A DNA stretch of 64,000 nucleotides from Amoebophrya sp. A120 (Eukaryota; Protista; Dinoflagellata). Below the pieces are notes generated by a model. It saw only the letters and a list, made by a program, of their open reading frames with translations. It was not told the origin of the DNA and searched no databases. The stretch is taken from the NCBI GenBank assembly GCA_905178155.1, contig CAJINV010000001.1:12759136-12823135 (forward strand). The letters run 5' to 3'. This document shows, in pieces, positions 23,147 through 36,360 of the stretch. A program made the translations under genes and the position numbers. Each line of letters opens with the position of its first letter. The stretch's first letter is position 1.

Positions 23147-26100
23147 CTACAAAAGCTGACCTTGATGATGGTGCGAAGAGTTGTTTGCTGGATGCTCCAT
23201 GTTCATTGGCCAATGGCTTTGTGTTTGCTGAATGCCGCCCTCGGCAATAAGCTGCATCAGTGCACCAGTAGAGGGCGTTAAAGTGTTGATACCCTGGTGT
23301 GGCAACACAGTCGCTGCCTGCTGGTTGTAGCCACTAGTACCGGGCACGATGTTCCCAGAAACACCCCCAAATAACGCTGCTTCCATCGGGTTCGGGAGGA
23401 GCTCGGAATACGCGCTCGCCGTAGCAGCGAAATGATGATCGTAAGAAGCAGTAGAAGTTCCGCCCTTCCCGTCTCGGGGATGAAGAGGAGGCGGTGGAGC
23501 AGCGCCTGCCGCAGGCCGCATCATCTCAAGCCCCCAAACGTTGAGTTGGGAATAGAGCGGATCGTCAGGAACTTTATTTGCGGAGACAGGGGGCTGCGCC
23601 GGGATGTTCAAGTGCTGGTAGCTGCTGGCGTCGGTTTTTGTCCTCTGCGTTGGTACAACACCGTGGCTGTGCCAGGCACCATCGTCCTGCGCTCCTTCCA
23701 ACGCCGATGGCACGGCCCGAATGCTGCCCGGCGGTGCAGGTACGGCTGGTGCACTTGCGGTACGCAATCCATAGTAGCTGTCGAGAGCCAACGAATGCGG
23801 GCGATGCATGCTTTGCGCCACCTCGAACATGGAAAAAGCAGGATGGTCAGCCGGCTTTATTTCACTCGGGGCGTAACCACTACGTTCGTTCATCTGTTGA
23901 AGGTACGAAGCTGTGGCTGCCACGCCACCATCCGTCGCTCCTTTTCTTGCTGCTGCGGGGGCAGACGTGCTGCTACGAGGTTCTATGGCTGGCGCTAACG
24001 CGTACGGCGCCGGAGCGCCCGTGTTGTACTCCTGCGAGCTAGAGACCTGGCTTCTACTGTAGTACGCGGCATCGAACCCGTTCAAGTCTTGAACATGCTG
24101 CTGGTAGCCCCACAACTGGCCTTGAGGGTTGCTGTTGTGAAACTTGGCACCCTTAGAATGTTTCCGGGCCGCAATATCCATCAGGTTGTAGGCACCTTTG
24201 TGCATTTTCCCATTTTGCGTACCACCTCCTCCTGCGAGATACTTGCCCTTGGCCTTGGATGCAAAAGCTTTGCCCCGTTGCAACGAGGAGCACTGGTGCT
24301 CGCCGCCGCGCAGATGATGTTGATTGATGTGCGATTCTTGCTGGTGCCACGATGCGGTGTAGAAATCGTTGTGCGCGGCGTTATGGGCATTGTTCTTCGC
24401 GAAAGTATTACCTTTGTTCATCTTGCCATTCTGAAGATTTTTCTGATGCGGAGCGTAGGCGCTACTGTTTTTGCCGTGGCCTTTCCCCGATTTCCAGTGC
24501 TCTAGCGGCCCTTGCTGCGCCTGCATCGACGTCGTGGCATGATTTCTTTCCCGGCCTGACACTGCCGTAGCTAGTGCTTCGCTACTATCCTGCCCTTCGA
24601 CGACGGCAGGAGGTGGAGGCGTTGGGACGCGGGGGTTGGTCGGATCTGTCGCACCATCAAGCCGTGCAGCAGCAGCAGCAGTTTTCACGGCAGGACCGTC
24701 CCCTCGCTCGTCCTCTCGTTGCGCCCCCTCCGTTGTTGACCCCACGACATGAAGCGCGGCGTCCGCACTCCCTCCTGTGTGGCTGCAGAGGGAGCTTATC
24801 GTGCTACTGTCGTCTATGTCTTCTTGCTCCAACGCCGGGGCTGCAGGCAAGGCTGGACCACCGGAACCATCTCTGCGGCAGCCGGCAGCTGCGGAGGAGC
24901 TGGCGTCGACAAAGGAATTATCGGAGTCAACATTTTTCATCGCGGACAGCGAGTTCCTTCCAATAGTCGTGCTGCCACGAGAAAAGCTCGGTGGGAAAAG
25001 GTTCTGGTACAAGTGCGGGACAACGGGTAACTGGAAGGTATCAGACGGACGCGGCCCAATTCGCGAAGTCTTCGTCGCAGATGATGAAGATCGAGCCCCG
25101 CCGGCAGGGGAGCTGGAAGGCGTTCGTGGGTCGGAGTCGACAGCGTAGTTCCTGCCTCCCGTGTTCTTACCGTCTGCAACAGGAGTTGTGCTGGCCACTT
25201 CATCCTGAGTCCGATCTGCTGCTGGAGATGTTGGAGATCCTTCGGCTAGATGAACGCCAGCGCTGAATTCATGATCCTGCACCACAACGCCGCCCTCGGC
25301 ACGAGCAGCACTGGCCGCCACAAGTGGTCCAGAGCAGGCCGGCCCGCCGAACAGGGGCCACAACTTATCGCGCATCTGCAGAGCCGCGGTGCACTCCTCA
25401 GGGAGAGGCTCGACCTCCGCGACCACCACTTTCCGCGCGAGAGACTCAAGGACTTTGTGACCTGCACAGTGCGTAGCGATGAAGTGCGTGGCTCATAAAT
25501 TGTTTTTCGTTTGTATTTGTTTTCACTTCAGTTGCCCTTGCCCGAAACGGGAGCTTGGGTTGTTCAAGGCGGTTTCTTTTTTCATATTTGTTCCAGTTCC
25601 AAAGCAAAAAACGAGGGGAAATGTTCATCGTAAAGCTGCAACACAAAAGATTCTTTCTTCTACCCATAGCCCACTTGCGGTCGAGGAAATCCTGCAGGGC
25701 GCTGTTGTAGGTGTTCAAGGAGTCGTGTATGTTCAGGAAATCGACCGGCACGAGGTCGTGGTAGGCGACGTATCCCTTGTGCACATTTGAGCGGTAGCTG
25801 AGGGACCCGAACTGTTTGGTGCGTTGCTTCAGCAGCTTGCGAAAACCCGCCACGTTGATCTCGAGGTAGTCCGTGAGCAGGTTCACCGCAGTGGTCAAAC
25901 TACCCGCCTCCGCGACGGTCTGGCCCAGTAGCATATCGTGCTCCCGCTTTTCGTCCGCGCCGCATTTGTCGCTCTCTGCAGCTACACAGTCGATCTGGTA
26001 TGTTCGTTTAGTTGTTCTTTTATAGCAACAGAAGTCAACAGAAGTGCTCGGTCGTTTTGAAGCAATTTTTGCAAGAAGCGGCACGACCCGCTTGTTTTGA

Positions 26101-27148
26101 GATTCAGTGCGATTTCTCCCTCGTGTCGTTGACGAGCTGGCGCTTTCAATGCTTTTACTAAAATTGGAAACACCGATACTGATCACATCTAAATTTGCAC
26201 CATTTTGTCAATGTCGTCCCTTTTGCAGTTGAACTTCTCCGCCAAATCCACCATCTTTTCTTCCGTCGGTGTATGCAAGGAAACAAGACAAAAGAAACGC
26301 TTTTTGCTGCCGTGCTGTCACTTGCGTCGATAACGCGTGTGTATTTTGTCTACGTCTAGGTTTTTTCACACCGACACCAGTCTTTTCGATTAAGGTCGTC
26401 CAGGTCGATGCGCAATTCTTTTTACAGATTATATATACAACATCTACCTTTACATCTCCGAGGGAAGCGCGAGGACCGAGGTGCTCACACGTCGCATACA
26501 AAAGCGCTGGTCTTTTCATCATTTTCTTACAGTACGAACCCGATTTGCGTGCCGCTGTGCTGGAGGTGGGCCATCCGTGTGGCGAAGAGGTGCAGCCGTT
26601 GGTGCACGTACTCACACAACTTAACAACATCGGACTCGACCATCTGAAAGAAGAAATCATCCTGGCTCTGCACCAAGTCCCGGCGGCCACGCTTGACCTG
26701 CTGCACCATGCGCTCTATCGACGTCTTCAGAAATTTGTGGTTCACATACGGCTGCGTATCGTGGCAAAATATTAAAGGAGTAGTGCCAGAAGACTGTTGC
26801 AAAGCGGAAACTTTTTGTTTCGGACTCGGAGGTCGAGGCGAAGGTAGAGTTCTGTTTTTTGCAATTCTCGAAGCAGGCATGCAACAAAATGATCGAATAC
26901 TATTCTCAGACTTGACTCCAAAAACGTTCTCATTTCATCTTCGGCCACTGTTATTTGGCGACGAGCCACATCGGCTGGCACTGCCGTCTATGCCTAGTCT
27001 CGACGATGAAAATATGAGCAGATTGGCAACCAGAAATTTTATTTGTCCTGATTGTGGCTTGACACTGAGACTGACCCGACGTTATTTTGCGGTGATACGC
27101 TTCCGGATTCCGATTCCGGTGTAGGGCCAACTTCTTCCCATATCGCAT
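23147..27148 (-). CDS. SPX-domain protein with long disordered C-terminal tail, about 5 exons
   Basis: MRYGKKL (SPX start), PYVNHKFLK, FFFQMVESDVVKL, LLTDYLEINVAGFRKLLKQRTK (SPX lysine-cluster region). Spliced in frame by GT-AG to the 23147-25429 ORF. Confidence 0.85.
26757..27097. mobile_element. Degenerate TAT...ATA introner forming SPX intron 1
   Basis: Ends tatcgtggcaaaata and rc tatcaccgcaaaata (12/15), with a gacccgac remnant of the family TIR. Removing element+5 nt gives in-frame ...NPEA-PYVNHK. Confidence 0.7.
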
Positions 27149-28710
27149 TTTTGTGTAAGTATCTTCTTCTTCTTCTAATATACGTTGTCCAGGGCCCAGA
27201 AAGCAATACTACTGGATCGCATGATTCTTGTTTGCTTTCACTTTGCTTAAAGCTTATGCTTGTTTTCGCTTGAGCTTCTAATCATATGATCCGAGGGCGT
27301 TTTTCATAAACTCATAAAAAATGATGGGACGACCTCTTTCTGCTGGTAACGGCCGTACGTAGGTAAGTCTAAGGAAGTGGCTTCAAGCCACTTCTACTAC
27401 CATCAGCAAAAACAGAAAGTTTTCCTAGTTGTACGTAGCGTTACTACTTGTTTGTAAATCTTTAATAAGCACCTCATCCGTATCTCGCAAAATGAATGTG
27501 ACACTCTATCCAAAAAAAATTTTGTTTCTTTTTTCATATTCCGTAGTTATACGTAGACGACCGAAGTGTCGTGATCATCGAGGACGGAGCCAGCACTACT
27601 TCTTAATTAAAGGTTCTGGACAAAATGCTGCAGATAAAAGTGCGGCTCATCGCTCTGTGTCTGTAGTTATACTCAAAATGTTTCATCTGTAGGTAGGATT
27701 GAGAAAGAAAATGACAATCACGACGAAAATTTTAGGCTGGCGTAATTATGTATTTGCAAGGCTGCGTTTGTTGCGTGCATAGCAGAAAAGCCCCACGACA
27801 ACATTATGCCACGGAGATGCTTTGACAAAAGCAAAAGGCGCAGGGCCGAGAGTACTTGGTGTTCGAGAGTGTCTACATCTCTTTTTACATAAAAGCAAGC
27901 TAGCATGGCGACCAAGAAGGATCACGCAAAATCTGGGACCGGGAATACAGATAAAAGCGTTCTTCCACTTCTCAACGTCGAATACTTACTAACTTACCTG
28001 GTTGCGTGGACTCACATGAGATCAGACATGTTCGGTTTTCTCGGATCATCTCGAAAATCAATGCTATTGTTCGTCTTACGGGAAGGGGAACACCAACACA
28101 GTCACGCGTCACGGATTTTTTTCAGGAAACATCGCAAGTATCATCAGCACGCACTGCTGCGACCTCGGGGGACTGCTCTCTTTTTGTCTTTTTTGCCATA
28201 CAAACTTAAATCGCCGCAAGCAGACAACTGCGCTTTTTTCACGCACGGAGTATTCTCCAGACAGACACGATCGTGACCACACCTTTGACTTTGTGTTTAG
28301 TTTGCGATTCTTGCAACACAGCAGTCTATTTCTTTGCTAGTCAGAATCGCTCTCGAGTACTACTAACTTAATACAGCAAAATTGCAAATCAAGACAAGCA
28401 AGAACAAGCGGCAAAAAAAGTTCAGGATCTACTTCGATTCTTTCTCGGTTGCGACGAAGAAGATGACTGCAGCGAGCAAGAATCTGTCAATTACCCACAG
28501 GCGTTCGGACGTTCGGTGTCGTGCATCTCGGTGAGCCAACCCTTAACTTTCAGCAACAGGCGCTCCTTATGCTTGTCCACTTTCGATTCTTCGACACCCT
28601 GGCACCAAAGGGGCAGCAATCGACGAAGCAGGGCCCTCCTGTACCTGGGTTCGAGTTTGTTTCTACTTTTTTTCGAATGACATTACGTGTGGCAAGGACA
28701 TCGTTGTGTT

Positions 28711-31700
28711 TCAAAGCAAGGCTCTGTGAAAATATGTCTCTTTCTCTATCATGCTGAAGATGTAGATGCCCGAAAATGAGGACAGATCGCAGTAGTACTG
28801 CTCCTGTGCCCTGCCGCAGCGAACGTGAAAGCTGTGCCGCGCAAAAAGCCGGAGGCGCTGCAGAAACACGCGGAGAAGCTGCGCGTGGTACAATTTTTCT
28901 CCTTCCGCTTTGCTCTGCCGATAGAACTCAGCAAAGCCCTGCAGGCCGAGTTTGCACCTCTTCTTCCTCTGAAACCGCATCGCCTTCTGATGCAGCGCGT
29001 GTTCGGCGGCCAGTCGGGAGGTTCGCTGCGTCTTGCTGGTCTGGTGCCACAGCTCCAACACAGCAGCCAGCATGGTCTCCGTGTGGTAGCGGGCCGCAAT
29101 CTCCAGTGTTTCCACAGCTTGCTGGCGAGAGCGGTGCAGTGCGTCCAGAACTTTTCGCTTGAGACGGTAGTCGCGGTACTGTCTCGCCTCGACCGCCTGT
29201 TGCCGCCGTTTTTCTTGCATCTCCTGCACCTGCTGCTTCTGCGCCTCCTCTTTTTTTTTCCTTTCCTTGGCGTCGCGAACGCGCTGCCGTTTCTCCTCCA
29301 CCTCGCGCTCCGCCGCCAACCGCTCGCGCTCTTGCGAAAGCTCCCGTTTGCGGGCCTCCGCCTCCCGCCGCCGCTCGTCCAACTCCGCGTGCCGGGCCTT
29401 CCGCTCCGCGGCGCGCTGCTCCATTTGCAGGACGAGCTTTGACTTCTTCGGTGGCGCGAGTTGGGATTTCGTAGTTCCCGGACCGCTTTGGCTATGGCTT
29501 TGCTCAGCCTCATCTTGCTCGGCAGGTTCGTCGTTCTCATCTGTGGATCTCGGGCGGCGGGTATCATGGCGATTTTCGGCTCGCGTTCGGTTCGTTCCAG
29601 GAGTCGTGCCCATTTCCTGCATGACTACTGTAGATGAAACTCCCGCATCTCTGTTTCCGGTACTCGAAGAGGCAAATTCTGACGGAGATGTAGTTGTGCG
29701 GGGCGGAAAACCCCTGACTCTGCTGGTCGAAGAGGAAGACGTTGCACCGGCACGACTACGTGACGGATAGCGCACTGCATAGGGATTATTTATGTTTTTA
29801 CCAGATCCAGTCCCTCCTGCATCACCACAGGAAATAAGCGAGTCAAGGTCTTCCTCGTCTGCGTCTCTGTCTATCGTAACACGACTTGTGCCGTCGTGGT
29901 TTGCAGAAGCGGATACTGCTCCACCACTTCCTGCTCGGAGCTCCAAGAAGCGCTTGGTTTTCTGCTTGAGCGTTTCTAACGCCCTCAGGTGTCCGGCCTC
30001 GCGCGTGAAAAGCGTCCACGCCTGAAACGCCCGGCGCCACTTCTTAGTGGCCGCGAACTCGCGCGCGCGGGCTTCGTTTGCTTTCTCGCGGGCAAGGGCG
30101 CGAAACCACTGCTCTTCGGCGCGCTCCGCGAGCACGAGCTTGACGTACTGGTTCCAGCTTGCCCAAAGCGCTCGCTGCAATTGGAGTCCGACTTTGCGCT
30201 GCAGACGCCGCAGTTTATGCGTCACCTCTGTGTGGCGCTGCCGCCACGTCTGCCATGCGCCCTCACGGTTGCGTTTCGAAATCAGCTGAAGAGCAAACTG
30301 GACCTGGTTTCGGGTTTTAGTTGTCAAGCGAGAAATCTTGATCACGACTTCTGTACAGACCTTGCATCTTTTGTAGTGGGCACAACACACAGTTCTGCAG
30401 ATTTCAGTCTTATTTCATTTTACTCAACAGATCTAGAACGAGCAAGTGAACAGTTCGAGTAGCATGCTCAACATAGTACCGAGGAAACGATTCGCTTGCA
30501 TCCCAGGTCTTTTCGTTTTTGTTTTTCCTGTTGCTCTTTTGCGGCCTGCTTATTTTCCTCGAGTCGTTTCCTTTCGCGGACCCGAGCGGTTTCCTCCTCT
30601 ACTTCCGCTTTCTGGACGGCAAGCCGCGTCTCTTTTTCCCGAGCACAAAGAAGAGACTTGTACCTGTTTTGAGGTATGCAACAACGTCAGTCGAGGGGCG
30701 ATCGGCAGTACAGGCCAAATTACAGGGCAGCAGAAGCAAAGGCAAACACAACTAAACTGATAGAAACCTACACAATTTCTTACTTGCATGGATCTTGATA
30801 CGTACTACAAACTTGGTTCGGTTAGTCGCGCCCACGTGGACGTGCCGACGAAAAAATGCAATACGCGTTGGTTTCTTTCTTCAGCTCCGCTCTGGCGTTG
30901 CGCAGTTCGGTCTCCTGGTGAGCCACGCTGTCTTGCAGACTGGCCACGCTGCTGCCCTCCGGCTGAAAGATGCTTGATAGCCGACTGTCGTCGATAGTGC
31001 TGCAGCAGCTCGTGCCAGGCTCCACATAATCTGCCACACTACCGGTTGTGGGCGACGCGCAAAGCTTGTCGCCCGGCTTGTTCCCCACCGAGGACCTTGG
31101 ACTGGCGTCGGCTGCACATGACGTGCTTGTCATCGTGGGAGAGGAGGCTGCGCCGATTTTCGCAAACGCATTTGGTCCCGCAGGAAAAGAAGCTCTAGTA
31201 CTCGGTCCACCTGCTTTCGTACTGCCAGTGCAGCTGCTGGTGCTTGGTGTTGGCGGACGCCGCGTCGTGCGCCACAGAGGCAAAGAGCTTGAGGACGACG
31301 AGGTTCTTGACCCCCGACTACCCTGGCCGACCACCGGGTGTCCCTCAACATCACGATGCTCATCTTGACCGAACGAACTTCCTGTTGCCGCGAGGGACGC
31401 GCGCGAAGCTGCAACAGCTTCCTGCCGTCGCTGTTCCCGTTTTTCCGCGATGAGACGATGCCTTTCCTCCATCACAGCGCGGGGGTCCAGCTGCCGCTCC
31501 TCGTCTTCCATTTTATCTACGGCGGTCGGGAGCGCCTGCGAGCAAGCCTTGCTGCCGGGTCTCGATGTTGTTGAACCGTGATGGTCATTACCCCGTCCAT
31601 GTTTCTTCCCTGTAGTTGTAGGACAAGAAGGTTGCTCGCGTTGCGCCCGGCGCTCCTCCTGGACTCGCGAAATGGCTCCCATAGCGACCGCCAGATCTTC

Positions 31701-32682
31701 CTCAAACGAGGGGTCCAAACTCTTGCTCTCGTTCCGCAATACGGTATGAAGCACTTTATCTGTAGTTCGATTGTAAAAAGCATACTAGCGAGGCGGTCTT
31801 TCCGATGTCGAGTACTGCTCTAGTCTCTGCCGTGAGGACTCCTTCATCTTTTGCACCTCCACTGCAAAACAAATTCCGAGCCTCTGGCCCGGATAGCGAT
31901 ACGATAGGACACGGACAGATTTTCATTAACATCAAGGCAAATTGTGCTTCGGATTTGCAGGCACGCACATGAGCAAAACTTATAATACCGGTCAAAAGAG
32001 GCGGCGGCCGCGCACCTCCTGTTCGCGTAGGAGCGAATCCGCTTGTAGTTTGGCTCGGCATGCGGACAGGACCACGAGGCGGCCTTTGGGCAGCATCAGA
32101 GGTGCTAGTTGAAGAGGATGTTGCGCACTGTTCTCGGCCAACAAGATCGGGGATTCGGCGGGGCGGAAAGCTGCTGGATGTCGAAGTACAATCTAAATTT
32201 GGAACCTGCCGCGAAGTAGGGGCGTAGACCACGTCTTCGGAGTTCATTAGATCGATGGTGTCGACAACAACGTCTTCTGTGCCCCCGCCCGTAAGGTCGT
32301 GAACAGGGCCACGACCACCTCCCGAAGATGCTGTAGCGCTGCCACTGGCTAGCCACGATCGTTTGTTTTTGTTGGTCGTATGCGTTTTTGATGTTTCCCG
32401 AGACGGAAGCCGCACCGCCCCCGTTGGCCACTCAGTCTTCGCACCGACCTTGCGAGAGATGCTGGCCGCCTCCTCTTCGCACTGTAGCCAGTGCGACAAA
32501 AGTCGACGGGCTTCTTCGCGACAGGACGGCTCCTCCGCCGGTTTTTGGGCGCTGGTAGATTCACCTGCTCCAGTTTCTTGTGCCGTCGCCATTTCGACGT
32601 CGCCTGTGAAGGTGCTGTCGGGAAGCTCGGGCGGGTTTCGACCTCCGGCACCTGTCTCAAACATTCTGAAGGGCGTGTCCAT
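28711..32682 (-). CDS. CCDC191/Sfi1-like coiled-coil protein, multi-exon
   Basis: EARRLLSHWL, DPRAVMEERHRLIAEKRE, Trp-spaced repeats (RALWASW, RRAFQAW, AVLELWH) and LVLQMEQRAAERKAR. Exon limits and 3' end are approximate. Confidence 0.65.
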
Positions 32683-33589
32683 GTCAACGCGCTAGCAAGA
32701 AGATAGATATGAACCAATCCAGAAAACTTCCCAATAACAGAATCACTGTAGGGATTTCTCTCTGTATCTGTTAGATTCGATTACCCTCGAGAGAAATGAA
32801 ACAAGCACAAAAATGAAACTGTTCAGCAGGTCTGTACAGGTGTCAAGACACAAAGCTGCTTTACAGTAGCAACATCTCCTTCTCGTTGAGGGGAAAAATA
32901 CTGGAGCAGGCTAATTTGTTGCAGATTTTGATTTGCACACAGAGTCTCTCAGCATTCACACACCCCTTGTTCCATCTCTCCGAAGCCGCAACAGAAGTCC
33001 GGCGCAACAAAGCGGAAAACACGTATTGCTCTCGCGATCACAACACTCTATTTGCATTTTGTTCGTGCGTTCGTATCAAATAAAGCTAAGCAGAGGTGCC
33101 CAGCACCACGCACGACAACAGCCCTGCGTGCTTGAAGTAGAAGTCAGTCCTCCAAACGCGGTTCGACGTTAACAAAGAAATGTTGGACGCTGCTGGCATA
33201 GACACTGTTCTTGTCGAAATACGTCCAGCGATCATGGCTCGTGCGCGAAAGCCGCCAGACGCGGGACAGAGATTCAAATTCAGGTCTGCTTTCAAAGTAC
33301 ATTCATTACTTTCTTGTTGTGCTTCGTAGGTATTTTGACATTGAGTTGAGTTGCTGAAACGAAACAAAAGTTGTGAAAAGTAAGTTCATTGAAACAAAAA
33401 ACGTATTGGTTCTTTCGGTGCTCGTTCTTTGGCGATAGGTGTGAGTGTGTCCTTATCTACGTGTCCGCAGAATGTCGGAAAAAACCTAGACCGCATATGG
33501 GTCTAATTACAGTTGGAAGACAGCTTCGGTAGGCATTTATTCTCACTCGAGACCGTCACGGTCTGGAAGTGGTGCAGGTGCATTTTCTT

Positions 33590-35363
33590 TCATTGTTTCT
33601 TCGTCTGTTCCCGATCGGTGGCCTGGTTTGCTTGCAGCATGACGGCTGCGACTGAGGTCATGATGAGAAACAGGGATGAGGCGCTTATCAACCCCCAGGT
33701 TGCGGCGACCTGTGCAAATGCGTACTTTCGCACTAAACTTGTGGCGCAGGGTCCCAATTTCGACGACGCGAGCAAGGTGCTGCCGTACGTCAACCACAAG
33801 AAGGACCCGATACTGGCGGCTGTTTCCACCGCAAAAGCGTGACGAAAGTTGGCGGCACGCTGGCGGTTGAAGACAAAGTCCTCTGTGGTCACAGTCCTTC
33901 TCTTCGAAGCCTCGTATGGCAGTACCCCCGGCTGAGAAGTTGAAAGTTCCGCAAATTTTTCCCCTGCGTTTTGCTGCTCGTCAAGCAGCACCCACTGAGA
34001 AAAAGACGCTGCATTTCTGCTCGAAGTATTTGCTGTGGTCTGCTTCTTGGTACGACAACCTTCGAGACGCCACGAAATCGGAATGGCAGTTTGGTCGTGA
34101 CCTCGGTGGTCAACGTCGTCACTATGTCCCGCGTTCGCGGACGCTGGCGATCCGCTGCGGCGCCCGACGCACAGAAAATAGCGGTCAAACGGCAAGGGCC
34201 GGTCAAACGCGATTTCGTGCGTGCGACCCCGATCGCGCACGGCGGATGCGATTACGCGGTCACTATGCGTCCACCCGTGGGAATCGCGGAGAAAAAACTC
34301 GAAGTGGACCTGCAGAAGTTGTTCATATTAGCGCAATAAACGACAGGGGGATCATTACTCCATGTAACGAACCGAGAACGGTTCGTTTCTTTATTGATCA
34401 CGCACAGGCACCACGCATCACTCAGGAGCCTACGTCATTCTCTGTTCAGAATCATCTCTTTTTCATCTTTTGCATTTTCTCTCTTGAATTTAAGTAACAG
34501 CAACACAAGGAAGATGAATAGCAGAGCAGCAGCCTACGCATAGTGTATACTTTCTTGGAAGTATCGCCGCCCGCAACTCCGGTGATGCGAAGACGGAACC
34601 GCGTATAGCTCCACCCAGAGCGGCGGCTTCCTCCCGCGGGCGGGAGAAAATAATCCATTGGCGAGCCGGTCGCCACTTTTGCGACGATGTAGGAGACCGG
34701 GAAGCCACACAAAACGCTGCCGGCCAGCCAGGTTCGCAGCGCAGCGTCACAGGGGCGGGGAGCCGTCGTGCCAAGCAGTGCCAAACTCGCCGCATCGACC
34801 ACACCAAGACCAAACAACACAGTAGGCAGCCAGTCGCGCATTGTCGTTCGAGGTCTGTTCGATGGCGCGCCGTCGTTGTCGTCCTCGACTTCCTCATCAT
34901 CTTCCACTTCATTCTGGCTGCCTGTCGTCGCCCGAAGAAACGGAGGGGCTCGGTAGGCGTTGGTCAGTGCTAGGACCGACACGGAATTAGAGGTCCCTGT
35001 TGTTCCGGAGGTCGGAGAAAGACCACCGACGCCGGATAGCTTGATTCGCAGCTCTGCGTGTGGTTCTTCTCTACTGATGGTGTAATCTCTTTTGCAGCTG
35101 TTGAAATAATCACCGTGAGTGACATAGTGGCTGCTCTTGTCGTGTGCATTTCTGCTCGTGAAAAGGAAGCTGCTTGCAGCCCTGTTCTTGCCGGGCGCGG
35201 CTGGAACCTGCTCCGGGTTCACGCCGTAGAGAAAATCCAGCCACTCGGAATGGCGGTGGGCAAAAACCATTTTTCCTTTTTCTAATTCTATACCTTTTTC
35301 ATTACTTTGATCACATTCACATTCAGAGCTCCATAATTCAAACCGTACTGTTTTTTCCGGCAC
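33590..35363 (-). CDS. Multi-pass membrane protein with a discoidin/galactose-binding-like insert
   Basis: ORFs 34452-35363 and 33590-34240 join in frame through a GT-AG intron (SKK|VHFEFF). TM segments around PCDAALRTWL; PISWRLEG...WVLLDEQ motif. The 5' end is uncertain. Confidence 0.6.
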
Positions 35364-36360
35364 ACGACAGTTACAGTCATGATGTTATCCTTCTCACGAT
35401 AACTTCAACTCTCTCTCACTCTGACGCTGAAGTTCGATTTCCCCTTGCGTGTAAACAAGCAAACACGGCGAAATTATTCGGGCTTGCGTAAAGGAGCGAC
35501 GTACTAGGAAAACCTCTCAGCATACGACGAGTCGCGCCGGCGCCTTCTCTCCGGAAAAAACATAAGGGAAAAGTAAACTTTCATGGCCACGGAAACCAAT
35601 ACAGGGATGCGACAATCAGAGCTGCAATGCCCCTGATGTCAGTGAAATTTGCGTATCTATTTCCACTTACGTTAGCGTCGGTCTTCATGATATGATTATC
35701 CAGCTGGTATAAGAGGTTTGTCGCGATCTCGGTCATTTTACAAAGGTTTTTACATCATACACAATCGGGATAAAAATTATACTGACGGAAACATACTCGG
35801 ACTCAAGATGCGTAAAGTACTTGTACAATATGGAGAGACGAAGGAAAGGTGCTTCAAAGTTTGCGATGGTGGCGGCACAGAAACCCTGGAGACTTGTGAT
35901 GAAACCAGACAGCGCTGCTGGAAAATTCGGAATATTTGAGAAACAACCTCTTCTTCTTCTGCCCACATCATAAAGCCGTTTTTCTTTTTTCATAAACTTC
36001 TGTACAGTAGCATTAGGATTTGGGGACGCAAGGTTTTATTTGGTATACAATTTTCCTGCTCGTTGTCGTTCATTCGAGCCACCTTTTTGTGAAAGGTCTA
36101 TAGTGTCATATAAAGAGAGAGAGACTGCTTTTTTTGGAAACGTGAAATTTTTGCCAACATGATCATCAAGGATAAGGTTAAATGTTAACTTCAGGCTGCA
36201 AATTAAAATTTCCTTAGGTTCAGCATCATCACACACGACGACGAGTCCTTCCTTATAACTAGGGCACGGACGAGAACTTGTCATCCGCGCTCTCTTTGTG
36301 GTGCCTTCGCCGCGTATCTCTTCCCGTTCGCGTTCGAACTTCTGCCAACTACACGTCGAC

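Noticed and set aside
33513-33842. Plus-strand 109-aa ORF with plausible composition
   Set aside because: Overlaps the TM-encoding exon of the minus-strand membrane protein.
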